A stretch of 63,328 nucleotides of DNA, the filler included, from Globobulimina sp. (lineage: Eukaryota), in the NCBI GenBank assembly GCA_003354225.1. It is 19 parts of 19 records of this genome, joined end to end, with 100 filler letters (N's around TTAATTAATTAA, not from the genome) between each part and the next. Parts side by side here need not be neighbours in the genome. Positions count along the whole stretch, not along the records: positions 56,757 to 59,992 come from PIVH01003346.1; positions 60,093 to 63,328 come from PIVH01003347.1; 17 more parts are not named here. One strand, 5' to 3'. This document shows positions 58,888-63,328 of the stretch, in pieces. Below the pieces are notes generated by a model. It made no database searches. It saw only the letters and a list, made by a program, of their open reading frames with translations, and had not been told where the DNA came from. Position numbers and translations under genes: made by a program. How positions within the stretch are numbered: the stretch's first letter is position 1; the number at the start of each line of letters is the position of its first letter.

Positions 58888-59872
58888 ATGTCTCAATCAG
58901 AAAACTACACAATTATCAAAACAATTGGAGCAGGAAGTTTTGGCAGTGCTTCAATATGCCACAAGGCAAACAATCCGCATCAAAAATATGTAATGAAACG
59001 CATCAATCTTGATGGCCTCAGTGTCCATGACACAAAAAGTGCCATTCAAGAATCGGAATTATTGCGCCAATTATCATCTCCATGCATTGTAAAATATATC
59101 GATTCATTTGTCACCAATTCTCGTTTAGCAATTATTATGGAATTTTGTGATGGCGGTGATTTATCCGCACAAATTACAAAACGCCAAAAATCCGACTCAC
59201 CATTCAACGAAAACGAAATTAAAAATATATTGTACCAAATATCTATCGCTCTCAATCATTGTCACTCACAAAATATCCTTCACCGTGATGTCAAAACATC
59301 AAACATATTCATATCAACCACCAATAATAGAATGAAGCTGGGAGACTTTGGTGTGTCCCGTGTGTTAAAGACTAAAATGTCAATGGCTGAGACACAAATA
59401 GGAACACCATATTATTTCTCACCAGAGATTTGTAAAGGACAATCCTATAGTTTTAAATCCGATATATGGTCATTAGGCTGCGTCATTTACGAATTAATGA
59501 ATTTGCACCGACCATTTGAAGGGAAGCATATTGGCCCATTAGTTATGGCTATCACCCAGGCAAAATATAAACCACTTCGAAACAGTTAAATATTCATTTC
59601 AATAAAACATACATATTTCCATTCTATTTCATATGCTTTTAATTCTTTGATCTTTTCCAAATGTTACAATGCATATTTTCTTTTATCATGCTTTGATATT
59701 ATTCATTTATAATCGACACAGTTATTTTTTGATGTTATTTGATGTTGTTTTTAAAACAGATTATTCAATCGAATTACGAAAATTAATAGAATCAATGTTG
59801 TCAATTGATCCAAAACAACGACCGTTAACCGAACAAATATTAAATCACAAATCTTTACGATATGTTAAGTGA
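58888..59872 (+). CDS. Second NIMA-related (NEK) kinase, tandem paralogue (intron 59585-59759; 5' end uncertain)
   Basis: IGAGSFG, YVMKRI, MEFCDGGDL, HRDVKTSNIF, KLGDFGVSR, IGTPYYFSPE; intron at the same position as in the first NEK. Confidence 0.92.
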
Positions 59873-60092
59873 ACATTCAATCAAATGATTGCATTATTTA
59901 TTGATTTTATTTGATGATTATGACAGATGAAAAGAAAATATAATCATTTATCGAATTTGAACAAAAATAAAAATAATAAACCAAAAAAACGGNNNNNNNN
60001 NNNNNNNNNNNNNNNNNNNNNNNNNNNNNNNNNNNNTTAATTAATTAANNNNNNNNNNNNNNNNNNNNNNNNNNNNNNNNNNNNNNNNNNNN

Positions 60093-61465
60093 ACGTCCAA
60101 TTTCGCGAAATCGATGCAAGCGTCAATGTCGCCGATGCGGTACGAATAATATATCAGCGGCCACAGCGGGAATATCTCGCCATTGATCTCCACTTTTTTG
60201 TAAGATAAGGGGATCACGGCACCATTCTGGTACTTTAAGCGCACAAAGGCGCAGATTATATATTTTTGGCCGGGTTTGCCTCCGCGTCGCGCGAAGCTTT
60301 TATTTTTCGTGATTTCCGCTTCAATGAAATTAAAGTACATTTTTTCCAAATATTGCCGACAACCAACGGCTAAAAACCTTTGTAAGCCGACATTATTATC
60401 CTTATAATGCGCCAAATACTCGTTTTCTTTTAAATAACATTCATTTTCTTCATTGATGCCACGTTCGAATATGATTGAACTTAAACATTGCCATAAATCG
60501 CATAATGACTCTAATTCCAATAAAAAAACACTTTCATTCTTCTCACTCTCTTTGTTATTGAACAATTTTAATTTATATTCTTCCAATATTTGTCGATGAA
60601 TGATTCCGATCTGAGATATGGGCGCAAAGATATTGCTTTTTTGGACATTGGTATTGCGGTCAAAATCGATTAGCGGCGAACTTATGTTGCGATAAGAAGA
60701 TAAGTCATGGACTATTTTGCTTAAACGTTCTTGTAATTGCATTTGTAAGTTATTAGTGTACGTATTGTTGTTATTAATATTCATTTTAATGTCATCGTCG
60801 TCGTGGTCGGGGTCGGCGGGCATTGTTATTGAGGAATAATTGAGTAACGATAACTGTGTGTTATGCTGTGGTTGTTGTTGAGTAACATCACAGCCTAAAT
60901 AATTCAAAATGTTTCCTTTAGTCTGGTTCCATTCTTCTTGGATGGACTCACCGTATTTTTTACGGAAATGGCGCGAACTCAAAAGTTGGCATTCTTGAAT
61001 GGTGGAAGAAATGACATATTCATGGTGATATTTGAGGAAATTGGTGATATCCATGGTGTTCGTCGGATGGATGGAACCGGAAATTAATGGAATATTTCTC
61101 TGGATTTCTTTGTTTGGCTCGAGTTTAGATTCAGATTCGCGTCGTTTTGGATGGAGCGAGCTCGCCGACGCTGAGATATCAATGGCGGAAATGTATTGAC
61201 TTTGGTTACGAATATCAACGCCGGCCTGCGCTGCAAAGTCTTTTCTGTGTTTAGTCATTAGTCATCAAACAAAATGATAATGTAAAAAAATAATAGTTAA
61301 CAATTGATTTGCGGGAACATGTCTGCTGGTTTTAGAGGACAACCGTTGTGCTTCTTTTTCAATTCCTTTTAAACTTCGATTGATCCGCGAGGTGGTATGG
61401 CTTAAGTTTAAATTGGTCGATGACTCCAATAAATTTCTCCATTCATCGTCACCGGCAGTTGCCAT
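60093..61465 (-). CDS. NUP93: Nucleoporin Nup93/Nic96 N-terminal part (short intron ~61246-61301; 3'-truncated)
   Basis: WRNLLESS...RINRSLKGIEKEAQRL, TMDITNFLKYHHE..ISSTIQE, EEWNQTKGNIL, RQYLEKMY, ARRGGKPG, PLWPLIYYSYRIG. Confidence 0.9.
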
Positions 61466-61519
61466 TGTTTGCTTTCGGTGTTGGAGAGGATCAGTTTATT
61501 TAACGGCAAGTTTTTTATT

Positions 61520-63310
61520 TCAGTACACACACGAAATAACATGTCGATTATCAAGCACTGTGAGCGCAACACAAAACAATCTGTTTGAATCAGCTGAAGC
61601 CTGATATGAATTCCATAAATGTATCAATTTTGGAGATACCAACTCATTAAAAATTACTTTTCCTTTATATCGAATCTGTACTGATTTATGAATATCACAC
61701 ATATGTTGATTTAAATGAATATTTAATTCCTTACAATAATTCTCTAAAATATCAATAGAATTATTCTGCGTGTCACAAAACACTTTAATCACACCATTGT
61801 TTTCAATCAATTCTTTCTTAACAGACAACCAAAAGAATTCTGTATTTGCAACATTTTGCTGCAGCCAATTAATCATTTTTGGATAAGGATTTCTTTCAAA
61901 CTGTTCCATCCATAACAATGCCGAACAATCCTCACTGTCCATCCAATGTCCTTTATTTTTATGTATAACAACTTTGCAATTTGCATAATAACCTTTTTCT
62001 TTATCTCGTAGTTCATCAAAATGGGTCTTCCATTTCAGAGCCATTTGTTTCCGATCATATCCATAATCCCTTTCGCCAATATGTATGCCAAACGGTGTGT
62101 TATTTAAATTATGCGGCGTGCAGTTACCAGGATGACCAGCCATCATTGATACCGCAGCGAATCTATTTGCTAATCGCGTGCCAATTCGATATGTACCATC
62201 ACCACCGGCGCTGTAACCCAATAAATACACTTTATTCATATTGACATGCAATTTAATCTCAGACAGCTTAATTATAATATTCACAAAGGAATCAATTTGA
62301 GATTGATGGAACATATCCCATGCATTGGTGGGTGCTCTTACTGCCAGGTACACACTGCGCACACCCTCCAATTCCAACTGTGTCATAGTGTCATCATATA
62401 AATGTTTTTGATTCTCGAACTGTTTGTCGTTGCACTGTGCTGTTGTTCCGCCACCGCCATGGAATGAGATAAACAAACTGCAGCTGTCGCCGTTGGCTGC
62501 TTTATTACTGCCAAATATATTGAAGTAAAATGGCATTTTATAAATATATGAGCTTACAGTCAATAAAAGTTGACGTTTTTCCCATTGTTGATCGTAAAAA
62601 GAACACAAATTGGAGTTTTTTTCGTTGATAATAAAAGTGGTGAATGTTTTTATGTATTGGTTGACCCAGAACTTATGATTCCATTTGTTTTTTTTTATAT
62701 CGATTTTTGTCATTGTGAGGGATGATGGTTTTAATAAAATATTGATTTGTTTGGATTGGTATTCAAAGTAAATGTGATATCTTTGTTTTGATGGAGCAAA
62801 ATTCAAAATTATTGCATTGTGTCCGTTATACTGTGATTTATTTATTAATGAATGAATGGACACCATATCAAACAGTGAAAATGGATATGTTTTTGTGGAG
62901 TTGTTTATAATATTATTGTTTGACATTATTTTATTTTTATCAGTTATGACATGATTCATAATGCACCAATAAAGCAGTTGTTGTTTGTGTTTGTTTGCTT
63001 TTGATATACCGATTTTTGATAAAACAAATTGAAATATTTGCGTATGAACTTCCAGCTCCAATTTGGTGTCAATATTACTTGTTTCATCTAATATTTTTGC
63101 AATATACCAAACAAATGATGACAAGTTCCCATTTGTAGAGAATATATGATCTATAAAATTAATAAATGAGGTAATGAATGTCGTATTGTGATTCACATCG
63201 AATTTTGTTTGTGATTCATTTTGTAATAAACAAATGACATTGTCAACAAAATCAAACTGCGGTATTTCTTTCTGTTCTGCTGATTGTGAGGATGTAAATG
63301 ATTGAATCAA
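61520..63310 (-). CDS. Alpha/beta-hydrolase (esterase/peptidase-like) with eukaryotic-looking N-terminal extension; 5' end uncertain
   Basis: LFISFHGGGG, YLAVRAPTNAW, VYLLGYSAGGDG (GxSxG), FAAVSMMAGHP, IGERD, KGHWM. Confidence 0.85.
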   Translation of the reverse strand: MIQSFTSSQSAEQKEIPQFDFVDNVICLLQNESQTKFDVNHNTTFITSFINFIDHIFSTNGNLSSFVWYIAKILDETSNIDTKLELEVHTQIFQFVLSKIGISKANKHKQQLLYWCIMNHVITDKNKIMSNNNIINNSTKTYPFSLFDMVSIHSLINKSQYNGHNAIILNFAPSKQRYHIYFEYQSKQINILLKPSSLTMTKIDIKKNKWNHKFWVNQYIKTFTTFIINEKNSNLCSFYDQQWEKRQLLLTVSSYIYKMPFYFNIFGSNKAANGDSCSLFISFHGGGGTTAQCNDKQFENQKHLYDDTMTQLELEGVRSVYLAVRAPTNAWDMFHQSQIDSFVNIIIKLSEIKLHVNMNKVYLLGYSAGGDGTYRIGTRLANRFAAVSMMAGHPGNCTPHNLNNTPFGIHIGERDYGYDRKQMALKWKTHFDELRDKEKGYYANCKVVIHKNKGHWMDSEDCSALLWMEQFERNPYPKMINWLQQNVANTEFFWLSVKKELIENNGVIKVFCDTQNNSIDILENYCKELNIHLNQHMCDIHKSVQIRYKGKVIFNELVSPKLIHLWNSYQASADSNRLFCVALTVLDNRHVISCVY

Positions 63311-63328
63311 ATTATAGATTGTGTTTAG

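Noticed and set aside
3243-60092. Recurring TTAATTAATTAA motif and gene clusters spanning N-gaps
   Set aside because: Artificial linkers; neighbouring contigs are unrelated, so cross-gap synteny and ORFs containing X runs are artefacts.

Overview
This window is not one locus. It is 19 unrelated ~3.24-kb contigs of slowly decreasing length, joined by 18 artificial 100-nt linkers (N44-TTAATTAATTAA-N44), so gene neighbourhoods only mean something within a contig. The DNA is from an AT-rich eukaryote with short GT-AG introns and the standard code. Its many SAM, MATH, SPRY, NEK, PT-repeat and 7TM-like proteins suggest a rhizarian protist, probably a foraminiferan (inference). Recognisable genes include cytoplasmic dynein heavy chain, FCP1, Nup93, MetAP2-like, CISD3-like, BMT5-like, an AlkB-type dioxygenase, GST, nitroreductase, DUF1152, a double-HPP membrane protein, two NEK kinases and a DEDDh exonuclease. 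The most striking system is on contig 2 (3343-6583): a Penelope-like retroelement RT with no C-terminal endonuclease, followed by a ~375-nt nested RNA structure and an 81-nt hammerhead ribozyme whose three core strands are in a non-circularly permuted, pseudoknotted order (6299-6379). Other highlights: a SAM domain inserted in-frame in the dynein heavy-chain tail; a MetAP2 paralogue that has lost metal ligands; a repeat-rich contig with a hAT-like MITE and a foldback palindrome built on a 50-bp satellite; a contig that closes on itself and encodes poly-ubiquitin-like domains fused to a TOG-like domain; and an unnamed ~46-aa domain shared by two unrelated proteins. All protein calls rest on motif recognition by eye; no searches were run.
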